Below are positions 26,701 through 41,700 of a DNA stretch of 64,000 bases, one piece after another; position 1 is the first letter of the stretch; the number at the start of each line of letters is the position of its first letter. The stretch comes from Eledone cirrhosa (Eukaryota), in NCBI GenBank assembly GCA_964016885.1, contig OZ024744.1:105462001-105526000 (forward strand), written 5' to 3'. The notes beneath the pieces are model-generated. The model saw nothing but the letters and a program-made list of their open reading frames with translations, ran no database searches and had not been told where the DNA came from. The position numbers and the translations under genes are program-made.

Positions 26701-29700
26701 TACGGTTGTATGCTGTCTATGACTAGTCTGTGTCTACAGTTGTATGCCGTCACTGACTAGTCTGTGTCTACTGTTGTATGCCGTCTATGACTAGTCTGTG
26801 TCTACGGTTGTATGCCGTCTATGACTAGTCTGTGTCTACGGTTGTATGCCGTCTATGACTAGTCTGTGTCTACAGTTGTATGCCGTCTATGACTAGTCTG
26901 TGTCTACGGTTGTATGCCGTCTATGACTAGACTGTGTCTACAGATTTATGCCGTCTCTGACTAGTCTGTGTCTACGGTTGTATGCCGTCTATGCCTGGTG
27001 TGTGTCTACGGTTGTATGCCGTCTATGACTAGTCTGTGTCTACAGTTGTATGCCGTCTATGACTAGTCTGTGTCTACGGTTGTATGCTGTCTATGACTAG
27101 TCTGTGTCTACTGCTGTATGCAGTCTATGACTAGTCAGTGTCTACGGTTGTATGCAGGCTATGACTAGTCTGTGTCTACGGTTGTATGCCGTCTATGACT
27201 AGTCTGTGTGTACGGTTGTATGCCGTCTATGACTAGTCTTTGTGTACGGTTGTATGCCGTCTATGACTAGTCTGTGTGTACGGTTGAATGCCGTCTATGA
27301 CTAGTCTGTGTCTACGGTTGTATGCCGTCTATGACTAGTCTGTGTGTACGGTTGTATGCCGTCTATGACTAGTCTGTGTCTACGGTTGTATGCCGTCTAT
27401 GACTAGTCTGTGTGTACGGTTGTATGCCGTCTTTGACTAGTCTGTGTGTAAGGTTGTATGCCGTCTATGACTAGTCTGAGTCTACGGTTGTATGCCGTCT
27501 ATGACTAGTCTGTGTGTACGGTTCTATGCTGTCTATGACTAGTCTGTGTCTAGGGTTGTATGCCGTCTATGACTAGTCTGTGTGTACGGTTGTATGCCGT
27601 CTATGACTAGTCTGTGTATACGGTTGTATGCCGTCTATGACTAGTCTGGGTCTACGGTTGTATGCCGTCTATGACTAGTCTGTGTCTACGGTTGTATGCC
27701 GTCTATGACTAGTCTGTGTCTACGGTTGTATGCCGTCTATGACTAGTCTGTGTCTACAGTTGTATGCCGTCTATGACTAGTCTGTGTCTACGGTTGTATG
27801 CCGTCTATGACTAGTCTGTGTCTACAGATTTATGCCGTCTCTGACTAGTCTGTGTCTACGGTTGTATGCCGTCTATGACTAGTCTGTGTCTACAGTTGTA
27901 TGCCGTCTATGACTAGTCTGTGTCTACGGTTGTATCCTGTCTATGACTAGTCTGTGTCTACTGCTGTATGCAGGCTAAGACTAGTCTGTGTCTACGGTTG
28001 TATGCCGTCTATGACTAGTCTGTGTGTACGGTTGTATGCCGTCTATGACTAGTCTGTGTGTACGGTTGTATGCCGTCTATGACTAGTCTGAGTCTACGGT
28101 TGTATGCCGTCTATGACTAGTCTGTGTGTACGGTTCTATGCCGTCTATGACTAGTCTGTGTCTAGTGTTGTATGCCGTCTATGACTAGTCTGTGTGTACG
28201 GTTGTATGCCGTCTATGACTAGTCTGTGTATACGATTGTATGCCGTCTATGACTAGTCTGTGTCTACGGTTGTATGCCGTCTATGACTAGTCTGTGTCTA
28301 CAGTTGTATGCCGTCTATGACTAGTCTGTGTCTACGGTTTTATGCCGTCTATGACTAGTCTGTGTCTACAGTTGTATGCCTTCTCTGACTAGTCTGTGTC
28401 TACGGTTGTATGCCGTCTATGACTAGTCTGTGTCTACGGTTGTATGTCGTCTATGACTAGTCTGTGTCTACGGTTGTATGCCGTCTATGACTAGTCTGTG
28501 TCTACAGTTGTATGCCGTCTATGGCTAGTCTGTGTCTACGGTTGTATGCCGTCTATGACTAGTCTGTGTCTACAGATTTATGCCGTCTCTGACTAGTCTG
28601 TGTCTACGGTTGTATGCCGTCTATGACTGGTCTGTGTCTACGGTTGTATGCCGTCTATGACTAGTCTGTGTCTACAGTTGTATGCCGTCTATGACTAGTC
28701 TGTGTCTACGGTTGTATGCCGTCTATGACTAGTCTGTGTCTACAGTTGTATGCCGTCTCTAACTAGTCTGTGTCTACGGTTGTATGCCATCTATGACTAG
28801 TCTGTGTCTACGGTTGTATGCCGTCTATGACTAGTCTGAGTCTACGGTTGTATGCAGTCTATGACTAGTCTGTGTCTACAGTTGTATGCCGTCTATGACT
28901 AGTCTGTGTCTACAGTTGTATACCGTCTATGACTTGTCTATGTCTACAGTTGTATGCCGTCTATGACTAGTCTGTGTCTACGGTTGTATGCCGTCTATGA
29001 CTAGTCTGTGTCTACGGTTGTATGCTGTCTATGACTAGTCTGTGTCTACTGCTGTATGCAGTCTATGACTAGTCTGTGTCTACGGTTGTATGCAGGCTAT
29101 GACTAGTCTGTGTCTACTGTTGTATGCCGTCTATGACTAGTCTGTGTGTACGGTTGTATGCCGTCTATGACTAGTCCTTGTGTACGGTTGTATGCCGTCT
29201 ATGACTAGTCTCTGTGTACGGTTGAATGCCGTCTATGACTAGTCTGTGTCTACGGTTGTATGCCGTCTATGACTAGTCTGTGTGTACGGTTGTATGCCGT
29301 CTATGACTAGTCTGTGTCTACGGTTGTATGCCGTCTATGACTAGTCTGATCCACGGTTGTATGCCGTCTATGACTAGTCTGATCCACTGTTGTATGCCGT
29401 CTATGACTAGTCTGTGTCTACGGTTGTATGCAGTCTATGACTAGTCAGTGTCTACGATTGTATGGCGTCTATGACTAGTCTGTGTCTACCGTTGTATGCC
29501 ATCTATGACTAGTCTGTGTCTACAGTTGTATGCCATCTATGACTAGTCTGTGTCAACAGTTGTATACCGTCTATGACTAGTCTGTGTCTACGGTTGTATG
29601 CCGTCTATGACTAGTCTGTGTGTACGGTTGTATGCCGTCTATGACTAGTCTGTGTGTACGGTTGTATGCCGTCTATGACTAGTCTGTGTGTACGGTTGTA

Positions 29701-32700
29701 TGCCGTCTATGAGTAGTCTGTGTGTACGGTTGTATGCCGTCTATGACTAGTCTGAGTCTACGGTTGTATGCCGTCTATGACTAGTCTGTGTGTACGGTTC
29801 TATGCCGTCTATGACTAGTCTGTGTCTAGGGTTGTATGCCGTCTATGACTAGTCTGTGTGTACGGTTGTATTCCGTCTATGACTAGTCTGTGTGTACGGT
29901 TCTATGCCGTCTATGACTAGTCTGTGTCTAGGGTTGTATGCCGTCTATGACTAGTCTGTGTGTACGGTTGTATGCCGTCTATGACTAGTCTGTGTATACG
30001 GTTGTATGCCGTCTATGACTAGTCTGTGTCTACGGTTGTATGCCGTCTATGACTAGTCTGTGTCTACAGTTGTATGCCGTCTATGACTAGTCTGTGTCTA
30101 CGGTTGTATGCCGTCTATGACTAGTCTGTGTCTACAGTTGTATGCCGTCTCTGACTAGTCTGTGTCTACGGTTGTATGCCGTCTATGACTAGTCTGTGTC
30201 TACGGTTGTATTCCGTCTATGACTAGTCTGTGTCTACGGTTGTATGCCGTCTATGACTAGTCTGTGTCTACGGTTGTATGCCGTCTATGACTAGTCTGTG
30301 TCTACGGTTGTATGCCGTCTATGTCTAGTCTGAGTCTACGGTTGTAGGCAGTCTATGACTAGTCTGTGTCTACGGTTGTATGCCGTCTATGACTAGTCTG
30401 TGTCTACGGTTGTATGCCGTCTATGACTAGTGTGTGTCTACAGTTGTATGCCGTCTATGACTAGTCTGTGTCTACTGTTGTATGCAGTCTATGACTAGTC
30501 TGTGTCTACGGTTGTATGCCGTCTATGACTAGTCTGTGTCTACGGTTGTATGCCATCTATGACTAGTCTGTGTGTACGGTTGTATGCCGTCTATGACTAG
30601 TCTGTGTCTACGGTTGTATGCCGTCTATGACTAGTCTGTGTCTACGGTTGTATGCCGTCTATGACTAGTCTGTGTGTAATGTTGTATGCCGTCTATGACT
30701 AGTCTGTGTCTACGGTTGTATGCCGTCTATGACTAGTCTGTGTCTACGCTTGTATGCCGTCTATGACTAGAATGTGTCTACGGCTGTATGCCATCTATGA
30801 CTAGTCTGTGTGTAATGTTGTATGCCGTCTATGACTAGTCTGTGTCTACGCTTGTATGCCGTCTATGACTAGTCTGTGTGTACGGTTGTATGCCGTCTAT
30901 GACTAGTCTGTGTCTACGGTTGTATGCCGTCTATGACTAGTCTGTGTCTACGGTTGTATGCCCTCTTTGACTAGTCTGTGTCTACGGTTGTATGCCGTCT
31001 ATGACTAGTCTGTGTCTACTGTTGTATGCAGTCTATGACTAGTCTGTGTCTACGGTTGTATGCCGTCTATGACTAGTCTGTGTCTACGGTTGTATGCTGT
31101 CTATGACTAGTCTGTGTCTACGGTTGTATGCCGTATATGACTAGTCTGTGTCTACGGTTGTATGCCGTCTATGACTAGTCTGTGTCTACGGTTGTATGCC
31201 GTCTATGTCTAGTCTGAGTCTACGGTTGTAGGCAGTCTATGACTAGTCTGTGTCTACGGTTGTATGCCGTCTATGACTAGTCTGTGTCTACGGTTGTATG
31301 CCGTCTATGACTAGTGTGTGTCTACAGTTGTATGCCGTCTATGACTAGTCTGTGTCTACAGTTGTATGCCGTCTATGACTAGTCTGTGTCTACGGTTGTA
31401 TGCCGTCTATGACTAGTCTGTGTCTATGGTTGTATGCCGTCTATGACTATTCTGTGTCAACGGTTGTATGCTGTCTATGACTAGTCTGTGTGTACGGTTG
31501 TATGCAGTCTATGACTAGTCTGTGTCTACTGTTGTATGCCGTCTGTGACTAGTCTGTGTGTACGGTTGTATGCAGTCTATGACTAGTCTGTGTCTACGGT
31601 TGTATGCCGTCTATGGCTAGTCTGTGTGTACGGTTGTATGCCGTCTATGACTAGTCTGTGTCTACAGTTGTATGCCGTCTATGACTAGTCTGTGTCTACA
31701 GTTGTATGCTGTCTGTGACTAGTCTGTGTCTACGGTTGTATGCCGTCTATGACTAGTCTGTGTGTACGGTTGTATGCAGTCTATGACTAGTCTGTGTCTA
31801 CAGTTGTATGCCGTCTATGACTAGTCTGTGTATACGGTTGTATGCCGTCTATGACTAGTCTGTGTCTACGGTTGTATGCCGTCTATGACTAGTCTGTGTC
31901 TACAGTTGTATGCCGTCTATGACTAGTCTGTGTCTACGGTTGTATGCCGTCTATGACTAGTCTGTGTCTACAGTTGTATGCCGTCTCTGACTAGTCTGTG
32001 TCTACGGTTGTATGCCGTCTATGACTAGTCTGTGTCTACGGTTGTATTCCGTCTATGACTAGTCTGTGTCTACGGTTTATGCCGTCTATGACTAGTCTGT
32101 GTCTACGGTTGTATGCCATCTATGACTGGTCTGTGTGTACGGTTGTATGCCGTCTATGACTAGTCTGTGTCTACGGTTGTATGCCGTCTATGACTAGTCT
32201 GTGTGTAATGTTGTATGCCGTCTATGACTAGTCTGTGTCTACGGTTGTATGCCGTCTATGACTAGTCTGTGTCTACGCTTGTATGCCGTCTATGACTAGA
32301 ATGTGTCTACGGCTGTATGCCATCTATGACTAGTCTGTGTGTAATGTTGTATGCCGTCTATGACTAGTCTGTGTCTACGCTTGTATGCCGTCTATGACTA
32401 GTCTGTGTGTACGGTTGTATGTCGTCTATGACTAGTCTGTGTCTACGGTTGTATGCCGTCTATGACTTGTCTGTGTCTACGGTTGTATGCCCTCTTTGAC
32501 TAGTCTGTGTCTACGGTTGTATGCCGTCTATGACTAGTCTGTGTCTACTGTTGTATGCAGTCTATGACTAGTCTGTGTCTACGGTTGTATGCCGTCTATG
32601 ACTAGTCTGTGTCTACGGTTGTATGCTGTCTATGACTAGTCTGTGTCTACGGTTGTATGCCGTCTATGACTAGTCTGTGTCTACGGTTGTATGCCGTCTA

Positions 32701-35700
32701 TGACTAGTCTGTGTGTACGGTTGTATGCCGTCTATGTCTAGTCTGAGTCTACGGTTGTAGGCAGTCTATGACTAGTCTGTGTCTACGGTTGTATGCCGTC
32801 TATGACTAGTCTGTGTCTACGGTTGTATGCCGTCTATGACTAGTGTGTGTCTACAGTTGTATGCCGTCTATGACTAGTCTGTGTCTACAGTTGTATGCCG
32901 TCTATGACTAGTCTGTGTCTACGGTTGTATGCCGTCTATGACTAGTCTGTGTCTACGGTTGTATGCCGTCTATGACTATTCTGTGTCAACGGTTGTATGC
33001 TGTCTATGACTAGTCTGTGTGTACGGTTGTATGCAGTCTATGACTAGTCTGTGTCTACTGTTGTATGCCGTCTGTGACTAGTCTGTGTGTACGGTTGTAT
33101 GCAGTCTATGACTAGTCTGTGTCTACGGTTGTATGCCGTCTATGGCTAGTCTGTGTGTACGGTTGTATGCCGTCTATGACTAGTCTGTGTCTACAGATGT
33201 ATGCCGTCTATGACTAGTCTGTGTCTACAGTTGTATGCCGTCTATGACTAGTCTGTGTCTACGGTTGTATGCCGTCTATGACTAGTCTGTGTCTAAAGTT
33301 GTATGCCGTCTATGACTAGTTTGTGTCTACTGTTGTATACCGTCTATGACTAGTCTGTGTCTACGGTTGTATGCAGTCTATGACTAGTCTGTGTCTACGG
33401 TTGTATGCCGTCTATGATTAGTCTGTGTCTACGGTTGTATGCCGTCTATGACTAGTCAGTGTCTACAGTTGTATGCCGTCTATGACTAGTCTGTGTCTTC
33501 GGTTGTATGCCGTCTATGACTAGTCTGTCTACGGTTGTATGCCGTCTATGACTAGTCTGTGTCTACAGTTGTATGTCGTCTATGACTAGTCTGTGTCTAC
33601 GGTTGTATGCCGTCTATGACTATTCTGTGTCTATGGTTGAATGCCGTCTATGACTAGTCTGTGTCTACGGTTGTATGCCGTTATGACTAGTCTGATCCAC
33701 GGTTGTATGCCGTCTATGACTAGTCTAATCCACTGTTGTATGCCGTCTATGACTAGTCTGTGTCTTCAGTTGTGTGCCGTTTATGAGTAGTCTGTGTGTA
33801 CGGTTGTATGCCGTCTACGACTAGTCTGTGTCTACGGTTGTATGCCGTCTATGACTAGTCTGTGTCTACGGTTGTATGCCGTCTATGACTAGTCTGTGTC
33901 TACGGTTGTATGCAGTCTATGACTAGTCTGTGTGTTCGGTTGTATGCCGTCTATGACTAGTCTGAATCTACGGTTGTATGCAGTCTATGACTAGTCTGTG
34001 TCTACAGTTGTATGCCGTTTATGACTAGTCTGTGTGTACGGTTGTATGCCGTCTATGACTAGTTTGTGTCTACAGTTGTATGCCGTCTATGACTAGTCTG
34101 TGTCTACAGTTGTATACCGTCTATGACTTGTCTATGTCTACAGTTGTATGCCGTCTATCACTAGTCTGTGTCTACGGTTGTATGCCGTCTATGACTAGTC
34201 TGTGTCTACGGTTGTATGCCGTCTATGACTAGTCTGTGTCTACGGTTGTATGCTGTCTATGACTAGTCTGTGTCTACTGCTGTATGCAGTCTATGACTAG
34301 TCTGTGTCTACGGTTGTATGCAGGCTATGACTAGTCTGTGTCTACGGTTGTATGCCGTCTATGACTAGTCTGTTTGTACGGTTGTATGCCGTCTATGACT
34401 AGTCTTTGTGTACGGTTGTATGCCGTCTATGACTAGTCTGTGTGTACGGTTGAATGCCGTCTATGACTAGTCTGTGTCTACGGTTGTATGCCGTCTATGA
34501 CTAGTCTGTGTGTACGGTTGTATGCCGTCTATGACTAGTCTGTGTCTACGGTTGTATGCCGTCTATGACTACTCTGTGTCTACAGTTGTATGCCGTCTAT
34601 GACTAGTCTGTGTCTACGGTTGTATGCCGTCTATGACTAGTCTGTGTCTACAGTTGTATGCCGTCTCTGACTAGTCTGTGTCTACGGTTGTATGCCGTCT
34701 ATGACTAGTCTGTGTCTACGGTTGTATTCCGTCTATGACTAGTCTGTGTCTACGGTTTATGCCGTCTATGACTAGTCTGTGTCTACGGTTGTATGCCATC
34801 TATGACTAGTCTGTGTGTACGGTTGTATGCCGTCTATGACTAGTCTGTGTCTACGGTTGTATGCCGTCTATGACTAGTCTGTGTGTAATGTTGTATGCCG
34901 TCTATGACTAGTCTGTGTCTACGGTTGTATGCCGTCTATGACTAGTCTGTGTCTACGCTTGTATGCCGTCTATGACTAGAATGTGTCTACGGCTGTATGC
35001 CATCTATGACTAGTCTGTGTGTAATGTTGTATGCCGTCTATGACTAGTCTGTGTCTACGCTTGTATGCCGTCTATGACTAGTCTGTGTGTACGGTTGTAT
35101 GCCGTCTATGACTAGTCTGTGTCTACGGTTGTATGCCGTCTATGACTTGTCTGTGTCTACGGTTGTATGCCCTCTTTGACTAGTCTGTGTCTACGGTTGT
35201 ATGCCGTCTATGACTAGTCTGTGTCTACTGTTGTATGCAGTCTATGACTAGTCTGTGTCTACGGTTGTATGCCGTCTATGACTAGTCTGTGTCTACGGTT
35301 GTATGCTGTCTATGACTAGTCTGTGTCTACGGTTGTATGCCGTCTATGACTAGTCTGTGTCTACGGTTGTATGCCGTCTATGACTAGTCTGTGTCTACGG
35401 TTGTATGCCGTCTATGTCTAGTCTGAGTCTACGGTTGTAGGCAGTCTATGACTAGTCTGTGTCTACGGTTGTATGCCGTCTATGACTAGTCTGTGTCTAC
35501 GGTTGTATGCCGTCTATGACTAGTGTGTGTCTACAGTTGTATGCCGTCTATGACTAGTCTGTGTCTACGGTTGTATGCCGTCTATGACTAGTCTGTGTCT
35601 ACAGTTGTATGCCGTCTCTGACTAGTCTGTGTCTACGGTTGTATGCCGTCTATGACTAGTCTGTGTCTACGGTTGTATTCCGTCTATGACTAGTCTGTGT

Positions 35701-38700
35701 CTACGGTTTATGCCGTCTATGACTAGTCTGTGTCTACGGTTGTATGCCATCTATGACTAGTCTGTGTGTGCGGTTGTATGCCGTCTATGACTAGTCTGTG
35801 TCTACGGTTGTATGCCGTCTATGACTAGTCTGTGTGTAATGTTGTATGCCGTCTATGACTAGTCTGTGTCTACGGTTGTATGCCGTCTATGACTAGTCTG
35901 TGTCTACGCTTGAATGCCGTCTATGACTAGAATGTGTCTACGGCTGTATGCCATCTATGACTAGTCTGTGTGTAATGTTGTATGCCGTCTATGACTAGTC
36001 TGTGTCTACGCTTGTATGCCGTCTATGACTAGTCTGTGTGTACGGTTGTATGCCGTCTATGACTAGTCTGTGTCTACGGTTGTATGCCGTCTATGACTTG
36101 TCTGTGTCTACGGTTGTATGCCCTCTTTGACTAGTCTGTGTCTACGGTTGTATGCCGTCTATGACTAGTCTGTGTCTACTGTTGTATGCAGTCTATGACT
36201 AGTCTGTGTCTACGGTTGTATGCCGTCTATGACTAGTCTGTGTCTACGGTTGTATGCTGTCTATGACTAGTCTGTGTCTACGGTTGTATGCCGTCTATGA
36301 CTAGTCTGTGTCTACGGTTGTATGCCGTCTATGACTAGTCTGTGTCTACGGTTGTATGCCGTCTATGTCTAGTCTGAGTCTACGGTTGTAGGCAGTCTAT
36401 GACTAGTCTGTGTCTACTGTTGTATGCCGTCTGTGACTAGTCTGTGTGTACGGTTGTATGCAGTCTATGACTAGTCTGTGTCTACGGTTGTATGCCGTCT
36501 ATGACTAGTCTGTGTCTACGGTTGTATGCCGTCTATGACTATTCTGTGTCAACGGTTGTATGCTGTCTATGACTAGTCTGTGTGTACGGTTGTATGCAGT
36601 CTATGACTAGTCTGTGTCTACTGTTGTATGCCGTCTGTGACTAGTCTGTGTGTACGGTTGTATGCAGTCTATGACTAGTCTGTGTCTACGGTTGTATGCC
36701 GTCTATGGCTAGTCTGTGTGTACGGTTGTATGCCGTCTATGACTAGTCTGTGTCTACAGTTGTATGCCGTCTATGACTAGTCTGTGTCTACAGTTGTATG
36801 CCGTCTATGACTAGTCTGTGTCTACGGTTGTATGCCGTCTATGACTAGTTTGTGTCTACTGTTGTATACCGTCTATGACTAGTCTGTGTCTACGGTTGTA
36901 TGCAGTCTATGACTAGTCTGTGTCTACGGTTGTATGCCGTCTATGATTAGTCTGTGTCTACGGTTGTATGCCGTCTATGACTAGTCAGTGTCTACAGTTG
37001 TATGCCGTCTATGACTAGTCTGTGTCTTCGGTTGTATGCCGTCTATGACTAGTCTGTCTACGGTTGTATGCCGTCTATGACTAGTCTGTGTCTACAGTTG
37101 TATGCCGTCTATGACTAGTCTGTGTCTACGGTTGTATGCCGTCTATGACTATTCTGTGTCTATGGTTGAATGCCGTCTATGACTAGTCTGTGTCTACGGT
37201 TGTATGCCGTTATGACTAGTCTGATCCACGGTTGTATGCCGTCTATGACTAGTCTGATCCACTGTTGTATGCCGTCTATGACTAGTCTGTGTCTTCAGTT
37301 GTATGCCGTTTATGAGTAGTCTGTGTGTACGGTTGTATGCCGTCTATGACTAGTCTGTGTCTACGGTTGTATGCCGTCTATGACTAGTCTGTGTCTACGG
37401 TTGTATGCCGTCTATGACTAGTCTGTGTCTACGGTTGTATGCAGTCTATGACTAGTCTGTGTGTTCGGTTGTATGCCGTCTATGACTAGTCTGAATCTAC
37501 GGTTGTATGCAGTCTATGACTAGTCTGTGTCTACAGTTGTATGCCGTTTATGACTAGTCTGTGTGTACGGTTGTATGCCGTCTATGACTAGTTTGTGTCT
37601 ACAGTTGTATGCCGTCTATGACTAGTCTGTGTCTACAGTTGTATACCGTCTATGACTTGTCTATGTCTACAGTTGTATGCCGTCTATCACTAGTCTGTGT
37701 CTACGGTTGTATGCCGTCTATGACTAGTCTGTGTCTACGGTTGTATGCCGTCTATGACTAGTCTGTGTCTACGGTTGTATGCTGTCTATGACTAGTCTGT
37801 GTCTACTGCTGTATGCAGTCTATGACTAGTCTGTGTCTACGGTTGTATGCAGGCTATGACTAGTCTGTGTCTACGGTTGTATGCCGTCTATGACTAGTCT
37901 GTTTGTACGGTTGTATGCCGTCTATGACTAGTCTTTGTGTACGGTTGTATGCCGTCTATGACTAGTCTGTGTGTACGGTTGAATGCCGTCTATGACTAGT
38001 CTGTGTCTACGGTTGTATGCCGTCTATGACTAGTCTGTGTGTACGGTTGTATGCCGTCTATGACTAGTCTGTGTCTACGGTTGTATGCCGTCTGTGACTA
38101 GTCTGATCCACGGTTGTATGCCGTCTATGACTAGTCTGATCCACGGTTGTATGCCGTCTATGACTAGTCTGTGTCTACGGTTGTATGCAGTCTATGACTA
38201 GTCAGTGTCTACGGTTGTATGGCGTCTATGACTAGTCTGTGTCTACGGTTGTATGCCATATATGACTAGTCTGTGTCAACAGTTGTATACTGTCTATGAC
38301 TAGTCTGTGTCTACGGTTGTATGCCGTCTATGACTAGTCTGTGTGTACGGTTCTATGCCGTCTATGACTAGTCTGTGTGTACGGTTGTATGCCGTCTATG
38401 ACTAGTCTGTGTGTACGGTTGTATGCCGTCTATGACTAGTCTGTGTGTACGGTTGTATGCCGTCTATGACTAGTCTGAGTCTACGGTTGTATGCCGTCTA
38501 TGACTAGTCTGTGTGTACGGTTCTATGCCGGCTATGACTAGTCTGTGTCTACGGTTGTATGCTGTCTATGACTAGTCTGTGTCTACAGTTGTATGCCGTC
38601 ACTGACTAGTCTGTGTCTACTGTTGTATGCCGTCTATGACTAGTCTGTGTCTACGGTTGTATGCCGTCTATGACTAGTCTGTGTCTACGGTTGTATGCCG

Positions 38701-41700
38701 TCTATGACTAGTCTGTGTCTACAGTTGTATGCCGTCTATGACTAGTCTGTGTCTACGGTTGTATGCCGTCTATGACTAGACTGTGTCTACAGATTTATGC
38801 CGTCTCTGACTAGTCTGTGTCTACGGTTGTATGCCGTCTATGCCTGGTGTGTGTCTACGGTTGTATGCCGTCTATGACTAGTCTGTGTCTACAGTTGTAT
38901 GCCGTCTATGACTAGTCTGTGTCTACGGTTGTATGCTGTCTATGACTAGTCTGTGTCTACTGCTGTATGCAGTCTATGACTAGTCAGTGTCTACGGTTGT
39001 ATGCAGGCTATGACTAGTCTGTGTCTACGGTTGTATGCCGTCTATGACTAGTCTGTGTGTACGGTTGTATGCCGTCTATGACTAGTCTTTGTGTACGGTT
39101 GTATGCCGTCTATGACTAGTCTGTGTGTACGGTTGAATGCCGTCTATGACTAGTCTGTGTCTACGGTTGTATGCCGTCTATGACTAGTCTGTGTGTACGG
39201 TTGTATGCCGTCTATGACTAGTCTGTGTCTACGGTTGTATGCCGTCTATGACTAGTCTGTGTGTACGGTTGTATGCCGTCTTTGACTAGTCTGTGTGTAA
39301 GGTTGTATGCCGTCTATGACTAGTCTGAGTCTACGGTTGTATGCCGTCTATGACTAGTCTGTGTGTACGGTTCTATGCTGTCTATGACTAGTCTGTGTCT
39401 AGGGTTGTATGCCGTCTATGACTAGTCTGTGTGTACGGTTGTATGCCGTCTATGACTAGTCTGTGTATACGGTTGTATGCCGTCTATGACTAGTCTGGGT
39501 CTACGGTTGTATGCCGTCTATGACTAGTCTGTGTCTACGGTTGTATGCCGTCTATGACTAGTCTGTGTCTACGGTTGTATGCCGTCTATGACTAGTCTGT
39601 GTCTACAGTTGTATGCCGTCTATGACTAGTCTGTGTCTACGGTTGTATGCCGTCTATGACTAGTCTGTGTCTACAGATTTATGCCGTCTCTGACTAGTCT
39701 GTGTCTACGGTTGTATGCCGTCTATGACTAGTCTGTGTCTACAGTTGTATGCCGTCTATGACTAGTCTGTGTCTACGGTTGTATCCTGTCTATGACTAGT
39801 CTGTGTCTACTGCTGTATGCAGGCTAAGACTAGTCTGTGTCTACGGTTGTATGCCGTCTATGACTAGTCTGTGTGTACGGTTGTATGCCGTCTATGACTA
39901 GTCTGTGTGTACGGTTGTATGCCGTCTATGACTAGTCTGAGTCTACGGTTGTATGCCGTCTATGACTAGTCTGTGTGTACGGTTCTATGCCGTCTATGAC
40001 TAGTCTGTGTCTAGTGTTGTATGCCGTCTATGACTAGTCTGTGTGTACGGTTGTATGCCGTCTATGACTAGTCTGTGTATACGATTGTATGCCGTCTATG
40101 ACTAGTCTGTGTCTACGGTTGTATGCCGTCTATGACTAGTCTGTGTCTACAGTTGTATGCCGTCTATGACTAGTCTGTGTCTACGGTTTTATGCCGTCTA
40201 TGACTAGTCTGTGTCTACAGTTGTATGCCTTCTCTGACTAGTCTGTGTCTACGGTTGTATGCCGTCTATGACTAGTCTGTGTCTACGGTTGTATGTCGTC
40301 TATGACTAGTCTGTGTCTACGGTTGTATGCCGTCTATGACTAGTCTGTGTCTACAGTTGTATGCCGTCTATGGCTAGTCTGTGTCTACGGTTGTATGCCG
40401 TCTATGACTAGTCTGTGTCTACAGATTTATGCCGTCTCTGACTAGTCTGTGTCTACGGTTGTATGCCGTCTATGACTGGTCTGTGTCTACGGTTGTATGC
40501 CGTCTATGACTAGTCTGTGTCTACAGTTGTATGCCGTCTATGACTAGTCTGTGTCTACGGTTGTATGCCGTCTATGACTAGTCTGTGTCTACAGTTGTAT
40601 GCCGTCTCTAACTAGTCTGTGTCTACGGTTGTATGCCATCTATGACTAGTCTGTGTCTACGGTTGTATGCCGTCTATGACTAGTCTGAGTCTACGGTTGT
40701 ATGCAGTCTATGACTAGTCTGTGTCTACAGTTGTATGCCGTCTATGACTAGTCTGTGTCTACAGTTGTATACCGTCTATGACTTGTCTATGTCTACAGTT
40801 GTATGCCGTCTATGACTAGTCTGTGTCTACGGTTGTATGCCGTCTATGACTAGTCTGTGTCTACGGTTGTATGCTGTCTATGACTAGTCTGTGTCTACTG
40901 CTGTATGCAGTCTATGACTAGTCTGTGTCTACGGTTGTATGCAGGCTATGACTAGTCTGTGTCTACTGTTGTATGCCGTCTATGACTAGTCTGTGTGTAC
41001 GGTTGTATGCCGTCTATGACTAGTCCTTGTGTACGGTTGTATGCCGTCTATGACTAGTCTCTGTGTACGGTTGAATGCCGTCTATGACTAGTCTGTGTCT
41101 ACGGTTGTATGCCGTCTATGACTAGTCTGTGTGTACGGTTGTATGCCGTCTATGACTAGTCTGTGTCTACGGTTGTATGCCGTCTATGACTAGTCTGATC
41201 CACGGTTGTATGCCGTCTATGACTAGTCTGATCCACTGTTGTATGCCGTCTATGACTAGTCTGTGTCTACGGTTGTATGCAGTCTATGACTAGTCAGTGT
41301 CTACGATTGTATGGCGTCTATGACTAGTCTGTGTCTACCGTTGTATGCCATCTATGACTAGTCTGTGTCTACAGTTGTATGCCATCTATGACTAGTCTGT
41401 GTCAACAGTTGTATACCGTCTATGACTAGTCTGTGTCTACGGTTGTATGCCGTCTATGACTAGTCTGTGTGTACGGTTGTATGCCGTCTATGACTAGTCT
41501 GTGTGTACGGTTGTATGCCGTCTATGACTAGTCTGTGTGTACGGTTGTATGCCGTCTATGAGTAGTCTGTGTGTACGGTTGTATGCCGTCTATGACTAGT
41601 CTGAGTCTACGGTTGTATGCCGTCTATGACTAGTCTGTGTGTACGGTTCTATGCCGTCTATGACTAGTCTGTGTCTAGGGTTGTATGCCGTCTATGACTA

